This document shows, one piece after another, positions 39,769 to 55,700 of a stretch of 64,000 nucleotides of DNA. This DNA comes from Auanema rhodensis (Eukaryota; Animalia; Nematoda), in NCBI GenBank assembly GCA_964057225.1, contig OZ059900.1, forward strand, positions 22,568,001 to 22,632,000, written 5' to 3'. Every line of letters starts with the position of its first letter. Position 1 is the first letter of the stretch. The position numbers were made by a program, and so were the translations under genes. The notes beneath the pieces were generated by a model, which did not search any database, had not been told where the DNA came from, and saw nothing but the letters and a program-made list of their open reading frames with translations.

Positions 39769-42700
39769 TTTCATTGACATTGCATGAGTTTGAACACATG
39801 AAATCGTAAGTCAAAACCTTGTTTACAGCGAAATTTCCAAAAACTGGTTTTCCAGCATAATAAAATATTTCTCATGGGAAATACTGTGTTTTTGTATTTT
39901 TCTAGCGTTCAGCATGTAAAATGCTTCATTTTAGTATGTAACACGCTGAAATTCGTTGCATTTGACGACTCATATGAACAAAAATCGATTTAATCAATAT
40001 TAGCCATAAAGGGCGTGCCCTCAGAATATGCTAATTTCCTTAATTTTCTAACCCGTGTTTTTTAGTCGTGAAAGTGGAACTAGACGTTGTACGAACAATT
40101 TTGAGCTAGGTTTCATTGACATTGCATGAGTTTGAACACATGAAATCGTAAGTCAAAACCTTGTTTACAGCGAAATTTCCAAAAACTGGTTTTCCAGCAT
40201 AATAAAATATTTCTCATGGGAAATACTGTGTTTTTGTATTTTTCTAGTGTTCAGCATGTAAAATGCTTCATTTTAGTATGTAACACGCTGAAATTCGTTG
40301 CATTTGACGACTCATATGAACAAAAATCGATTTAATCAATATTAGCCATAAAGGGCGTGCCCTCAGAATATGCTAATTTCCTTAATTTTCTAACCCCGGT
40401 TTTTTTGTCGTGAAAGTGGAACTAGACGTTGTAGGAACAATTTTGAGCTAGGTTTCATTGACATTGCATGAGTTTGAACACATGAAATCGTAAGTCAAAA
40501 CCTTGTTTACAGCGAAATTTCCAAAAACTGGTTTTCCAGCATAATAAAATATTTCTCATGTGAAATACTGTGTTTTTGTATTTTTCTAGTGTTCAGCATG
40601 TAAAATGCTTCATTTTAGTATGTAACACGCTGAAATTCGTTGCATTTGACGACTCATATGAACAAAAATCGAATTAATCAATATTAGTCATAAGGGGCGT
40701 GCCCTCAGAATATGCTAATTTCCTTAATTTTCTAACCCCTGTTTTTTGTCGTGAAAGTGGAACTAGACGTTGTACGAACAATTTTGAGCTAGGTTTCATT
40801 GACATTGCATGAGTTTGAACACATGAAATCGTAAGTCAAAACCTTGTTTACAGCGAAATTTCCAAAAACTGGTTTTCCAGCATAATAAAATATTTCTCAT
40901 GGGAAAAACTGTGTTTTTGTATTTTTCTAGTGTTCAGCATGTAAAATGCTTCATTTTAGTATGTAACACGCTGAAATTCGTTGCATTTGACGACTCATAT
41001 GAACAAAAATCGATTTAATCAATATTAGCCATAAGGGGCGTGCCCTCAGAATATGCTAATTTCCTTAATTTTCTAACCCCTGTTTTTTTGTCGTGAAAGT
41101 GGAACTAGACGTTGTAGGAACAATTTTGAGCTAGGTTTCATTGACATTGCATGAGTTTGAACACATGAAATCGTAAGTCAAAACCTTGTTTACAGCGAAA
41201 TTTCCAAAAACTGGTTTTCCAGCATAATAAAATATTTCTCATGGGAAATACTGTGTTTTTGTATTTTTCTAGTGTTCAGCATGTAAAATGCTTCATTTTA
41301 GTATGTAACACGCTGAAATTCGTTGCATTTGACGACTCATATGAACAAAAATCGATTTAATCAATATTAGCCATAAAGGGCGTGCCCTCAGAATATGCTA
41401 ATTTCCTTAATTTTCTAACCCCTGTTTTTTTTTCGTGAAAGTGGAACTAGACGTTGTACGAACAATTTTGAGCTAGGTTTCATTGACATTGCATGAGTTT
41501 GAACACATGAAATCGTAAGTCAAAACCTTGTTTACAGCGAAATTTCCAAAAACTGGTTTTCCAGCATAATAAAATATTTCTCATGGGAAATACTGTGTTT
41601 TTGTATTTTTCTAGTGTTCAGCATGTAAAATGCTTCATTTTAGTATGTAACACGCTGAAATTCGTTGCATTTGACGACTCATATGAACAAAAATCGATTT
41701 AATCAATATTAGCCATAAAGGGCGTGCCCTCAGAATATGCTAATTTCCTTAATTTTCTAACCCCTGTTTTTTTGTCGTGAAAGTGGAACTAGACGTTGTA
41801 TTAACAATTTTGAGCTAGGTTTCATTGACATTGCATGAGTTTGAACACATGAAATCGTAAGTCAAAACCTTGTTTACAGCGAAATTTCCAAAAACTGGTT
41901 TTCCAGCATAATAAAATATTTCTCATGAGAAATACTGTGTTTTTGTATTTTTCTAGTGTTCAGCATGTAAAATGCTTCATTTCAGTATGTAACACGCTGA
42001 AATTCGTTGCATTTGACGACTCATATGAACAAAAATCGATTTAATCAATATTAGCCATAAAGGGCATGCCCTCAGAATATGCTAATTTCCTTAATTTTCT
42101 AACCCCTGTTTTTTTGTCGTGAAAGTGGAACTAGACGTTGTACGAACAATTTTGAGCTAGGTTTCATTGACATTGCATGAGTTTGAACACATGAAATCGT
42201 AAGTCAAAACCTTGTTTACAGCGAAATTTCCAAAAACTGGTTTTCCAGCATAATAAAATATTTCTCATGGGAAATACTGTGTTTTTGTATTTTTCTAGTG
42301 TTCAGCATGTAAAATGCTTCATTTTAGTATGTAACACGCTGAAATTCGTTGCATTTGACTACTCATATGAACAAAAATCGATTTAATCAATATTAGCCAT
42401 AAGGGGCGTGCCCTCAGAATATGCTAATTTCCTTAATTTTCTAACCCCTATTTTTTTGTCGTGAAAGTGGAACTAGACGTTGTAGGAACAATTTTGAGCT
42501 AGGTTTCATTGACATTGCATGAGTTTGAACACATGAAATCGTAAGTCAAAACCTTGTTTACAGCGAAATTTCCAAAAACTGGTTTTCCAGCATAATAAAA
42601 TATTTCTCATGGGAAATACTGTGTTTTTGTATTTTTCTAGTGTTCAGCATGTAAAATGCTTCATTTTAGTATGTAACACGCTGAAATTCGTTGCATTTGA

Positions 42701-45700
42701 CGACTCATATGAACAAAAATCGATTTAATCAATATTAGCCATAAAGGGCGTGCCCTCAGAATATGCTAATTTCCTTAATTTTCTAACCCCTGTTTTTTTG
42801 TCGTGAAAGTAGAACTAGACGTTGTAGGAACAATTTTGAGCTAGGTTTCATTGACATTGCATGAGTTTGAACACATGAAATCGTAAGTCAAAACCTTGTT
42901 TACAGCGAAATTTCCAAAAACTGGTTTTCCAGCATAATAAAATATTTCTCATGGGAAATACTGTGTTTTTGTATTTTTCTAGTGTTCAGCATGTAAAATG
43001 CTTCATTTTAGTATGTAACACGCTGAAATTCGTTGCATTTGACGACTCATATGAACAAAAATCGATTTAATCAATATTAGCCATAAAGGGCGTGCCCTCA
43101 GAATATGCTAATTTCCTTAATTTTCTAACCCCTGTTTTTTTGTCGTGAAAGTGGAACTAGACGTTGTACGAACAATTTTGAGCTAGGTTTCATTGACATT
43201 GCATGAGTTTGAACACATGAAATCGTAAGTCAAAACCTTGTTTACAGCGAAATTTCCAAAAACTGGTTTTCCAGCATAATAAAATATTTCTCATGGGAAA
43301 TACTGTGTTTTTGTATTTTTCTAGCGTTCAGCATGTAAAATGCTTCATTTTAGTATGTAACACGCTGAAATTCGTTGCATTTGACAACTCATATGAACAA
43401 AAATCGATTTAATCAATATTAGCCATAAAGGGCGTGCCCTCAGAATATGCTAATTTCCTTAATTTTCTAACCCGTGTTTTTTAGTCGTGAAAGTGGAACT
43501 AGACGTTGTACGAACAATTTTGAGCTAGGTTTCATTGACATTGCATGAGTTTGAACACATGAAATCGTAAGTCAAAACCTTGTTTACAGCGAAATTTCCA
43601 AAAACTGGTTTTCCAGCATAATAAAATATTTCTCATGGGAAATACTGTGTTTTTGTATTTTTCTAGTGTTCAGCATGTAAAATGCTTCATTTTAGTATGT
43701 AACACGCTGAAATTCGTTGCATTTGACGACTCATATGAACAAAAATCGATTTAATCAATATTAGCCATAAAGGGCGTGCCCTCAGAATATGCTAATTTCC
43801 TTAATTTTCTAACCCCGGTTTTTTTGTCGTGAAAGTGGAACTAGACGTTGTAGGAACAATTTTGAGCTAGGTTTCATTGACATTGCATGAGTTTGAACAC
43901 ATGAAATCGTAAGTCAAAACCTTGTTTACAGCGAAATTTCCAAAAACTGGTTTTCCAGCATAATAAAATATTTCTCATGTGAAATACTGTGTTTTTGTAT
44001 TTTTCTAGTGTTCAGCATGTAAAATGCTTCATTTTAGTATGTAACACGCTGAAATTCGTTGCATTTGACGACTCATATGAACAAAAATCGAATTAATCAA
44101 TATTAGCCATAAGGGGCGTGCCCTCAGAATATGCTAATTTCCTTAATTTTCTAACCCCTGTTTTTTGTCGTGAAAGTGGAACTAGACGTTGTACGAACAA
44201 TTTTGAGCTAGGTTTCATTGACATTGCATGAGTTTGAACACATGAAATCGTAAGTCAAAACCTTGTTTACAGCGAAATTTCCAAAAACTGGTTTTCCAGC
44301 ATAATAAAATATTTCTCATGGGAAAAACTGTGTTTTTGTATTTTTCTAGTGTTCAGCATGTAAAATGCTTCATTTTAGTATGTAACACGCTGAAATTCGT
44401 TGCATTTGACGACTCATATGAACAAAAATCGATTTAATCAATATTAGCCATAAAGGGCGTGCCCTCAGAATATGCTAATTTCCTTAATTTTCTAACCCCG
44501 GTTTTTTTGTCGTGAAAGTGGAACTAGACGTTGTAGGAACAATTTTGAGCTAGGTTTCATTGACATTGCATGAGTTTGAACACATGAAATCGTAAGTCAA
44601 AACCTTGTTTACAGCGAAATTTCCAAAAACTGGTTTTCCAGCATAATAAAATATTTCTCATGTGAAATACTGTGTTTTTGTATTTTTCTAGTGTTCAGCA
44701 TGTAAAATGCTTCATTTTAGTATGTAACACGCTGAAATTCGTTGCATTTGACGACTCATATGAACAAAAATCGAATTAATCAATATTAGCCATAAGGGGC
44801 GTGCCCTCAGAATATGCTAATTTCCTTAATTTTCTAACCCCTGTTTTTTGTCGTGAAAGTGGAACTAGACGTTGTACGAACAATTTTGAGCTAGGTTTCA
44901 TTGACATTGCATGAGTTTGAACACATGAAATCGTAAGTCAAAACCTTGTTTACAGCGAAATTTCCAAAAACTGGTTTTCCAGCATAATAAAATATTTCTC
45001 ATGGGAAAAACTGTGTTTTTGTATTTTTCTAGTGTTCAGCATGTAAAATGCTTCATTTTAGTATGTAACACGCTGAAATTCGTTGCATTTGACGACTCAT
45101 ATGAACAAAAATCGATTTAATCAATATTAGCCATAAGGGGCGTGCCCTCAGAATATGCTAATTTCCTTAATTTTCTAACCCCTGTTTTTTTGTCGTGAAA
45201 GTGGAACTAGACGTTGTAGGAACAATTTTGAGCTAGGTTTCATTGACATTGCATGAGTTTGAACACATGAAATCGTAAGTCAAAACCTTGTTTACAGCGA
45301 AATTTCCAAAAACTGGTTTTCCAGCATAATAAAATATTTCTCATGGGAAATACTGTGTTTTTGTATTTTTCTAGTGTTCAGCATGTAAAATGCTTCATTT
45401 TAGTATGTAACACGCTGAAATTCGTTGCATTTGACGACTCATATGAACAAAAATCGATTTAATCAATATTAGCCATAAAGGGCGTGCCCTCAGAATATGC
45501 TAATTTCCTTAATTTTCTAACCCCTGTTTTTTTGTCGTGAAAGTGGAACTAGACGTTGTACGAACAATTTTGAGCTAGGTTTCATTGACATTGCATGAGT
45601 TTGAACACATGAAATCGTAAGTCAAAACCTTGTTTACAGCGAAATTTCCAAAAACTGGTTTTCCAGCATAATAAAATATTTCTCATGTGAAATACTGTGT

Positions 45701-48700
45701 TTTTGTATTTTTCTAGTGTTCAGCATGTAAAATGCTTCATTTTAGTATGTAACACGCTGAAATTCGTTGCATTTGACGACTCATATGAACAAAAATCGAA
45801 TTAATCAATATTAGCCATAAGGGGCGTGCCCTCAGAATATGCTAATTTCCTTAATTTTCTAACCCCTGTTTTTTGTCGTGAAAGTGGAACTAGACGTTGT
45901 ACGAACAATTTTGAGCTAGGTTTCATTGACATTGCATGAGTTTGAACACATGAAATCGTAAGTCAAAACCTTGTTTACAGCGAAATTTCCAAAAACTGGT
46001 TTTCCAGCATAATAAAATATTTCTCATGGGAAATACTGTGTTTTTGTATTTTTCTAGCGTTCAGCATGTAAAATGCTTCATTTTAGTATGTAACACGCTG
46101 AAATTCGTTGCATTTGACGACTCATATGAACAAAAATCGATTTAATCAATATTAGCCATAAAGGGCGTGCCCTCAGAATATGCTAATTTCCTTAATTTTC
46201 TAACCCGTGTTTTTTAGTCGTGAAAGTGGAACTAGACGTTGTACGAACAATTTTGAGCTAGGTTTCATTGACATTGCATGAGTTTGAACACATGAAATCG
46301 TAAGTCAAAACCTTGTTTACAGCGAAATTTCCAAAAACTGGTTTTCCAGCATAATAAAATATTTCTCATGGGAAATACTGTGTTTTTGTATTTTTCTAGT
46401 GTTCAGCATGTAAAATGCTTCATTTTAGTATGTAACACGCTGAAATTCGTTGCATTTGACGACTCATATGAACAAAAATCGATTTAATCAATATTAGCCA
46501 TAAAGGGCGTGCCCTCAGAATATGCTAATTTCCTTAATTTTCTAACCCCGGTTTTTTTGTCGTGAAAGTGGAACTAGACGTTGTAGGAACAATTTTGAGC
46601 TAGGTTTCATTGACATTGCATGAGTTTGAACACATGAAATCGTAAGTCAAAACCTTGTTTACAGCGAAATTTCCAAAAACTGGTTTTCCAGCATAATAAA
46701 ATATTTCTCATGTGAAATACTGTGTTTTTGTATTTTTCTAGTGTTCAGCATGTAAAATGCTTCATTTTAGTATGTAACACGCTGAAATTCGTTGCATTTG
46801 ACGACTCATATGAACAAAAATCGAATTAATCAATATTAGCCATAAGGGGCGTGCCCTCAGAATATGCTAATTTCCTTAATTTTCTAACCCCTGTTTTTTG
46901 TCGTGAAAGTGGAACTAGACGTTGTACGAACAATTTTGAGCTAGGTTTCATTGACATTGCATGAGTTTGAACACATGAAATCGTAAGTCAAAACCTTGTT
47001 TACAGCGAAATTTCCAAAAACTGGTTTTCCAGCATAATAAAATATTTCTCATGGGAAAAACTGTGTTTTTGTATTTTTCTAGTGTTCAGCATGTAAAATG
47101 CTTCATTTTAGTATGTAACACGCTGAAATTCGTTGCATTTGACGACTCATATGAACAAAAATCGATTTAATCAATATTAGCCATAAGGGGCGTGCCCTCA
47201 GAATATGCTAATTTCCTTAATTTTCTAACCCCTGTTTTTTTGTCGTGAAAGTGGAACTAGACGTTGTAGGAACAATTTTGAGCTAGGTTTCATTGACATT
47301 GCATGAGTTTGAACACATGAAATCGTAAGTCAAAACCTTGTTTACAGCGAAATTTCCAAAAACTGGTTTTCCAGCATAATAAAATATTTCTCATGGGAAA
47401 TACTGTGTTTTTGTATTTTTCTAGTGTTCAGCATGTAAAATGCTTCATTTTAGTATGTAACACGCTGAAATTCGTTGCATTTGACGACTCATATGAACAA
47501 AAATCGATTTAATCAATATTAGCCATAAAGGGCGTGCCCTCAGAATATGCTAATTTCCTTAATTTTCTAACCCCTGTTTTTTTGTCGTGAAAGTGGAACT
47601 AGACGTTGTACGAACAATTTTGAGCTAGGTTTCATTGACATTGCATGAGTTTGAACACATGAAATCGTAAGTCAAAACCTTGTTTACAGCGAAATTTCCA
47701 AAAACTGGTTTTCCAGCATAATAAAATATTTCTCATGGGAAATACTGTGTTTTTGTATTTTTCTAGTGTTCAGCATGTAAAATGCTTCATTTGAGTATGT
47801 AACACGCTGAAATTCGTTGCATTTGACGACTCATATGAACAAAAATCGATTTAATCAATATTAGCCATAAAGGGCGTGCCCTCAGAATATGCTAATTTCC
47901 TTAATTTTCTAACCCCTGTTTTTTTGTCGTGAAAGTGGAACTAGACGTTGTATTAACAATTTTGAGCTAGGTTTCATTGACATTGCATGAGTTTGAACAC
48001 ATGAAATCGTAAGTCAAAACCTTGTTTACAGCGAAATTTCCAAAAACTGGTTTTCCAGCATAATAAAATATTTCTCATGAGAAATACTGTGTTTTTGTAT
48101 TTTTCTAGTGTTCAGCATGTAAAATGCTTCATTTCAGTATGTAACACGCTGAAATTCGTTGCATTTGACGACTCATATGAACAAAAATCGATTTAATCAA
48201 TATTAGCCATAAAGGGCGTGCCCTCAGAATATGCTAATTTCCTTAATTTTCTAACCCCTGTTTTTTTGTCGTGAAAGTGGAACTAGACGTTGTACGAACA
48301 ATTTTGAGCTAGGTTTCATTGACATTGCATGAGTTTGAACACATGAAATCGTAAGTCAAAACCTTGTTTACAGCGAAATTTCCAAAAACTGGTTTTCCAG
48401 CATAATAAAATATTTCTCATGGGAAATACTGTGTTTTTGTATTTTTCTAGTGTTCAGCATGTAAAATGCTTTATTTTAGTATGTAACACGCTGAAATTCG
48501 TTGCATTTGACTACTCATATGAACAAAAATCGATTTAATCAATATTAGCCATAAGGGGCGTGCCCTCAGAATATGCTAATTTCCTTAATTTTCTAACCCC
48601 TATTTTTTTGTCGTGAAAGTGGAACTAGACGTTGTAGGAACAATTTTGAGCTAGGTTTCATTGACATTGCATGAGTTTGAACACATGAAATCGTAAGTCA

Positions 48701-48997
48701 AAACCTTGTTTACAGCGAAATTTCCAAAAACTGGTTTTCCAGCATAATAAAATATTTCTCATGGGAAATACTGTGTTTTTGTATTTTTCTAGTGTTCAGC
48801 ATGTAAAATGCTTCATTTTAGTATGTAACACGCTGAAATTCGTTGCATTTGACGACTCATATGAACAAAAATCGATTTAATCAATATTAGCCATAAAGGG
48901 CGTGCCCTCAGAATATGCTAATTTCCTTAATTTTCTAACCCCTGTTTTTTTGTCGTGAAAGTAGAACTAGACGTTGTAGGAACAATTTTGAGCTAGG
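39769..48997 (-). repeat. 9-monomer block present twice (39769-42845 and 45921-48997), separated by 9 monomers of rearranged partial copies
   Basis: Both blocks show the same variant order at offset 6152: TAGCG/CCCGTG/TTAGTC, CCCCGG, ATGTGA/CGAATT/T6, GGAAAAAC, plain, TGTATTAAC, ATGAGA/TTTCAG, GACTACT/CCCCTA, AGTAGAA. Confidence 0.82.
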
Positions 48998-51900
48998 TTT
49001 CATTGACATTGCATGAGTTTGAACACATGAAATCGTAAGTCAAAACCTTGTTTACAGCGAAATTTCCAAAAACTGGTTTTCCAGCATAATAAAATATTTC
49101 TCATGGGAAATACTGTGTTTTTGTATTTTTCTAGTGTTCAGCATGTAAAATGCTTCATTTTAGTATGTAACACGCTGAAATTCGTTGCATTTGACGACTC
49201 ATATGAACAAAAATCGATTTAATCAATATTAGCCATAAGGGGCGTGCCCTCAGAATATGCTAATTTCCTTAATTTTCTAACCCCTGTTTTTTTGTCGTGA
49301 AAGTGGAACTAGACGTTGTACGAACAATTTTGAGCTAGGTTTCATTGACATTGCATGAGTTTGAACACATGAAATCGTAAGTCAAAACCTTGTTTACAGC
49401 GAAATTTCCAAAAACTGGTTTTCCAGCATAATAAAATATTTCTCATGGGAAATACTGTGTTTTTGTATTTTTCCAGTGTTCAGCATGTAAAATGCTTCAT
49501 TTTAGTATGTAACACGCTGAAATTCGTTGCATTTGACGACTCATATGAACAAAAATCGATTTAATCAATATTAGCCATAAAGGGCGTGCCCTCAGAATAT
49601 GCTAATTTCCTTAATTTTCTAACCCCTGTTTTTTTGTCGTGAAAGTGGAACTAGACGTTGTACGAACAATTTTGAGCTAGGTTTCATTGACATTGCATGA
49701 GTTTGAACACATGAAATCGTAAGTCAAAACCTTGTTTACAGCGAAATTTCCAAAAACTGGTTTTCCAGCATAATAAAATATTTCTCATGGGAAATACTGT
49801 GTTTTTGTATTTTTCTAGTGTTCAGCATGTAAAATGCTTCATTTTAGTATGTAACACGCTGAAATTCGTTGCATTTGACGACTCATATGAACAAAAATCG
49901 ATTTAATCAATATTAGCCATAAAGGGCGTGCCCTCAGAATATGCTAATTTCCTTAATTTTCTAACCCCTGTTTTTTTGTCGTGAAAGTGGAACTAGACGT
50001 TGTATTAACAATTTTGAGCTAGGTTTCATTGACATTGCATGAGTTTGAACACATGAAATCGTAAGTCAAAACCTTGTTTACAGCGAAATTTCCAAAAACT
50101 GGTTTTCCAGCATAATAAAATATTTCTCATGGGAAATACTGTGTTTTTGTATTTTTCTAGTGTTCAGCATGTAAAATGCTTCATTTTAGTATGTAACACG
50201 CTGAAATTCGTTGCATTTGACTACTCATATGAACAAAAATCGATTTAATCAATATTAGCCATAAGGGGCGTGCCCTCAGAATATGCTAATTTCCTTAATT
50301 TTCTAACCCCTATTTTTTTGTCGTGAAAGTGGAACTAGACGTTGTAGGAACAATTTTGAGCTAGGTTTCATTGACATTGCATGAGTTTGAACACATGAAA
50401 TCGTAAGTCAAAACCTTGTTTACAGCGAAATTTCCAAAAACTGGTTTTCCAGCATAATAAAATATTTCTCATGGGAAATACTGTGTTTTTGTATTTTTCT
50501 AGTGTTCAGCATGTAAAATGCTTCATTTTAGTATGTAACACGCTGAAATTCGTTGCATTTGACGACTCATATGAACAAAAATCGATTTAATCAATATTAG
50601 CCATAAAGGGCGTGCCCTCAGAATATGCTAATTTCCTTAATTTTCTAACCCCTGTTTTTTTGTCGTGAAAGTAGAACTAGACGTTGTAGGAACAATTTTG
50701 AGCTAGGTTTCATTGACATTGCATGAGTTTGAACACATGAAATCGTAAGTCAAAACCTTGTTTACAGCGAAATTTCCAAAAACTGGTTTTCCAGCATAAT
50801 AAAATATTTCTCATGGGAAATACTGTGTTTTTGTATTTTTCTAGTGTTCAGCATGTAAAATGCTTCATTTTAGTATGTAACACGCTGAAATTCGTTGCAT
50901 TTGACGACTCATATGAACAAAAATCGATTTAATCAATATTAGCCATAAGGGGCGTGCCCTCAGAATATGCTAATTTCCTTAATTTTCTAACCCCTGTTTT
51001 TTTGTCGTGAAAGTGGAACTAGACGTTGTACGAACAATTTTGAGCTAGGTTTCATTGACATTGCATGAGTTTGAACACATGAAATCGTAAGTCAAAACCT
51101 TGTTTACAGCGAAATTTCCAAAAACTGGTTTTCCAGCATAATAAAATATTTCTCATGGGAAATACTGTGTTTTTGTATTTTTCTAGTGTTCAGCATGTAA
51201 AATGCTTTATTTTAGTATGTAACACGCTGAAATTCGTTGCATTTCACGACTCATATGAACAAAAATCGATTTAATCAATATTAGCCATAAAGGGCGTGCC
51301 CTCAGAATATGCTAATTTCCTTAATTTTCTAACCCCTGTTTTTTTGTCGTGAAAGTGGAACTAGACGTTGTATTAACAATTTTGAGCTAGGTTTCATTGA
51401 CATTGCATGAGTTTGAACACATGAAATCGTAAGTCAAAACCTTGTTTACAGCGAAATTTCCAAAAACTGGTTTTCCAGCATAATAAAATATTTCTCATGG
51501 GAAATACTGTGTTTTTGTATTTTTCTAGTGTTCAGCATGTAAAATGCTTCATTTTAGTATGTAACACGCTGAAATTCGTTGCATTTGACGACTCATATGA
51601 ACAAAAATCGATTTAATCAATATTAGCCATAAAGGGCGTGCCCTCAGAATATGCTAATTTCCTTAATTTTCTAACCCCTGTTTTTTTGTCGTGAAAGTGG
51701 AACTAGACGTTGTACGAACAATTTTGAGCTAGGTTTCATTGACATTGCATGAGTTTGAACACATGAAATCGTAAGTCAAAACCTTGTTTACAGCGAAATT
51801 TCCAAAAACTGGTTTTCCAGCATAATAAAATATTTCTCATGGGAAATACTGTGTTTTTGTATTTTTCTAGTGTTCAGCATGTAAAATGCTTCATTTTAGT

Positions 51901-52759
51901 ATGTAACACGCTGAAATTCTTTGCATTTGACGACTCATATGAACAAAAATCGATTTAATCAATATTAGCCATAAGGGGCGTGCCCTCAGAATATGCGAAT
52001 TTCCTTAATTTTCTAACCCCTGTTTTTTTGTCGTGAAAGTGGAACTAGACGTTGTACGAACAATTTTTAGCTAGGTTTCATTGACATTGCATGAGTTTGA
52101 ACACATGAAATCGTAAGTCAAAACCTTGTTTACAGCGAAATTTCCAAAAACTGGTTTTCCAGCATAATAAAATATTTCTCATGGGTATTACTGTGTTTTT
52201 GTATTTTTCTAGTGTTCAGCATGTAAAATGCTTCATTTTAGTATGTAACACGCTGAAATTCGTTGCATTTGACGACTCATATGAACAAAAATCGATTTAA
52301 TCAATATTAGCCATAAAGGGCGTGCCCTCAGAATATGCTAATTTCCTTAATTTTCTAACCCCTGTTTTTTTGTCGTGAAAGTGGAACTAGACGTTGTATT
52401 AACAATTTTGAGCTAGGTTTCATTGACATTGCATGAGTTTGAACACATGAAATCGTAAGTCAAAACCTTGTTTACAGCGAAATTTCCAAAAACTGGTTTT
52501 CCAGCATAATAAAATATTTCTCATGGGAAATACTGTGTTTTTGTATTTTTCTAGTGTTCAGCATGTAAAATGCTTCATTTTAGTATGTAACACGCTGAAA
52601 TTCGTTGCATTTGACGACTCATATGAACAAAAATCGATTTAATCAATATTAGCCATAAAGGGCGTGCCCTCAGAATATGCTAATTTCCTTAATTTTCTAA
52701 CCCCTGTTTTTTTGTCGTGAAAGTGGAACTAGACGTTGTACGAACAATTTTGAGCTAGG

Positions 52760-55700
52760 TTTCATTGACATTGCATGAGTTTGAACACATGAAATCGTAA
52801 GTCAAAACCTTGTTTACAGCGAAATTTCCAAAAACTGGTTTTCCAGCATAATAAAATATTTCTCATGGGAAATACTGTGTTTTTGTATTTTTCTAGTGTT
52901 CAGCATGTAAAATGCTTCATTTTAGTATGTAACACGCTGAAATTCTTTGCATTTGACGACTCATATGAACAAAAATCGATTTAATCAATATTAGCCATAA
53001 GGGGCGTGCCCTCAGAATATGCGAATTTCCTTAATTTTCTAACCCCTGTTTTTTTGTCGTGAAAGTGGAACTAGACGTTGTACGAACAATTTTTAGCTAG
53101 GTTTCATTGACATTGCATGAGTTTGAACACATGAAATCGTAAGTCAAAACCTTGTTTACAGCGAAATTTCCAAAAACTGGTTTTCCAGCATAATAAAATA
53201 TTTCTCATGGGTATTACTGTGTTTTTGTATTTTTCTAGTGTTCAGCATGTAAAATGCTTCATTTTAGTATGTAACACGCTGAAATTCGTTGCATTTGACG
53301 ACTCATATGAACAAAAATCGATTTAATCAATATTAGCCATAAAGGGCGTGCCCTCAGAATATGCTAATTTCCTTAATTTTCTAACCCGTGTTTTTTAGTC
53401 GTGAAAGTGGAACTAGACGTTGTACGAACAATTTTGAGCTAGGTTTCATTGACATTGCATGAGTTTGAACACATGAAATCGTAAGTCAAAACCTTGTTTA
53501 CAGCGAAATTTCCAAAAACTGGTTTTCCAGCATAATAAAATATTTCTCATGGGAAATACTGTGTTTTTGTATTTTTCTAGTGTTCAGCATGTAAAATGCT
53601 TCATTTTAGTATGTAACACGCTGAAATTCGTTGCATTTGACGACTCATATGAACAAAAATCGATTTAATCAATATTAGCCATAAAGGGCGTGCCCTCAGA
53701 ATATGCTAATTTCCTTAATTTTCTAACCCCGGTTTTTTTGTCGTGAAAGTGGAACTAGACGTTGTAGGAACAATTTTGAGCTAGGTTTCATTGACATTGC
53801 ATGAGTTTGAACACATGAAATCGTAAGTCAAAACCTTGTTTACAGCGAAATTTCCAAAAACTGGTTTTCCAGCATAATAAAATATTTCTCATGTGAAATA
53901 CTGTGTTTTTGTATTTTTCTAGTGTTCAGCATGTAAAATGCTTCATTTTAGTATGTAACACGCTGAAATTCGTTGCATTTGACGACTCATATGAACAAAA
54001 ATCGATTTAATCAATATTAGCCATAAAGGGCATGCCCTCAGAATATGCTAATTTCCTTAATTTTCTAAACCCTGTTTTTTTGTCGTGAAAGTGGAACTAG
54101 ACGTTGTACGAACAATTTTGAGCTAGGTTTCATTGACATTGCATGAGTTTGAACACATGAAATCGTAAGTCAAAACCTTGTTTACAGCGAAATTTCCAAA
54201 AACTGGTTTTCCAGCATAATAAAATATTTCTCATGGGAAATACTGTGTTTTTGTATTTTTCTAGTGTTCAGCATGTAAAATGCTTCATTTTAGTATGTAA
54301 CACGCTGAAATTCGTTGCATTTGACGACTCATATGAACAAAAATCGATTTAATCAATATTAGCCATAAGGGGCGTGCCCTCAGAATATGCGAATTTCCTT
54401 AATTTTCTAACCCCTGTTTTTTTGTCGTGAAAGTGGAACTAGACGTTGTACGAACAATTTTGAGCTAGGTTTCATTGACATTGCATGAGTTTGAACACAT
54501 GAAATCGTAAGTCAAAACCTTGTTTACAGCGAAATTTCCAAAAACTGGTTTTCCAGCATAATAAAATATTTCTCATGGGTATTACTGTGTTTTTGTATTT
54601 TTCTAGTGTTCAGCATGTAAAATGCTTCATTTTAGTATGTAACACGCTGAAATTCGTTGCATTTGACGACTCATATGAACAAAAATCGATTTAATCAATA
54701 TTAGCCATAAGGGGCGTGCCCTCAGAATATGCTAATTTCCTTAATTTTCTAACCCGTGTTTTTTAGTCGTGAAAGTGGAACTAGACGTTGTACGAACAAT
54801 TTTGAGCTAGGTTTCATTGACATTTCATGAGTTTGAACACATGAAATCGTAAGTCAAAACCTTGTTTACAGCGAAATTTCCAAAAACTGGTTTTCCAGCA
54901 TAATAAAATATTTCTCATGGGTATTACTGTGTTTTTGTATTTTTCTAGTGTTCAGCAAGTAAAATGCTTCATTTTAGTATGTAACACGCTGAAATTCGTT
55001 GCATTTGACGACTCATATGAACAAAAATCGATTTAATCAATATTAGCCATAAAGGGCGTGCCCTCAGAATATGCTAATTTCCTTAATTTTCTAACCCGTG
55101 TTTTTTAGTCGTGAAAGTGGAACTAGACGTTGTACGAACAATTTTGAGCTAGGTTTCATTGACATTGCATGAGTTTGAACACATGAAATCGTAAGTCAAA
55201 ACCTTGTTTACAGCGAAATTTCCAAAAACTGGTTTTCCAGCATAATAAAATATTTCTCATGGGAAATACTGTGTTTTTGTATTTTTCTAGTGTTCAGCAT
55301 GTAAAATGCTTCATTTTAGTATGTAACACGCTGAAATTCGTTGCATTTGACGACTCATATGAACAAAAATCGATTTAATCAATATTAGCCATAAAGGGCG
55401 TGCCCTCAGAATATGCTAATTTCCTTAATTTTCTAACCCCGGTTTTTTTGTCGTGAAAGTGGAACTAGACGTTGTAGGAACAATTTTGAGCTAGGTTTCA
55501 TTGACATTGCATGAGTTTGAACACATGAAATCGTAAGTCAAAACCTTGTTTACAGCGAAATTTCCAAAAACTGGTTTTCCAGCATAATAAAATATTTCTC
55601 ATGTGAAATACTGTGTTTTTGTATTTTTCTAGTGTTCAGCATGTAAAATGCTTCATTTTAGTATGTAACACGCTGAAATTCGTTGCATTTGACGACTCAT

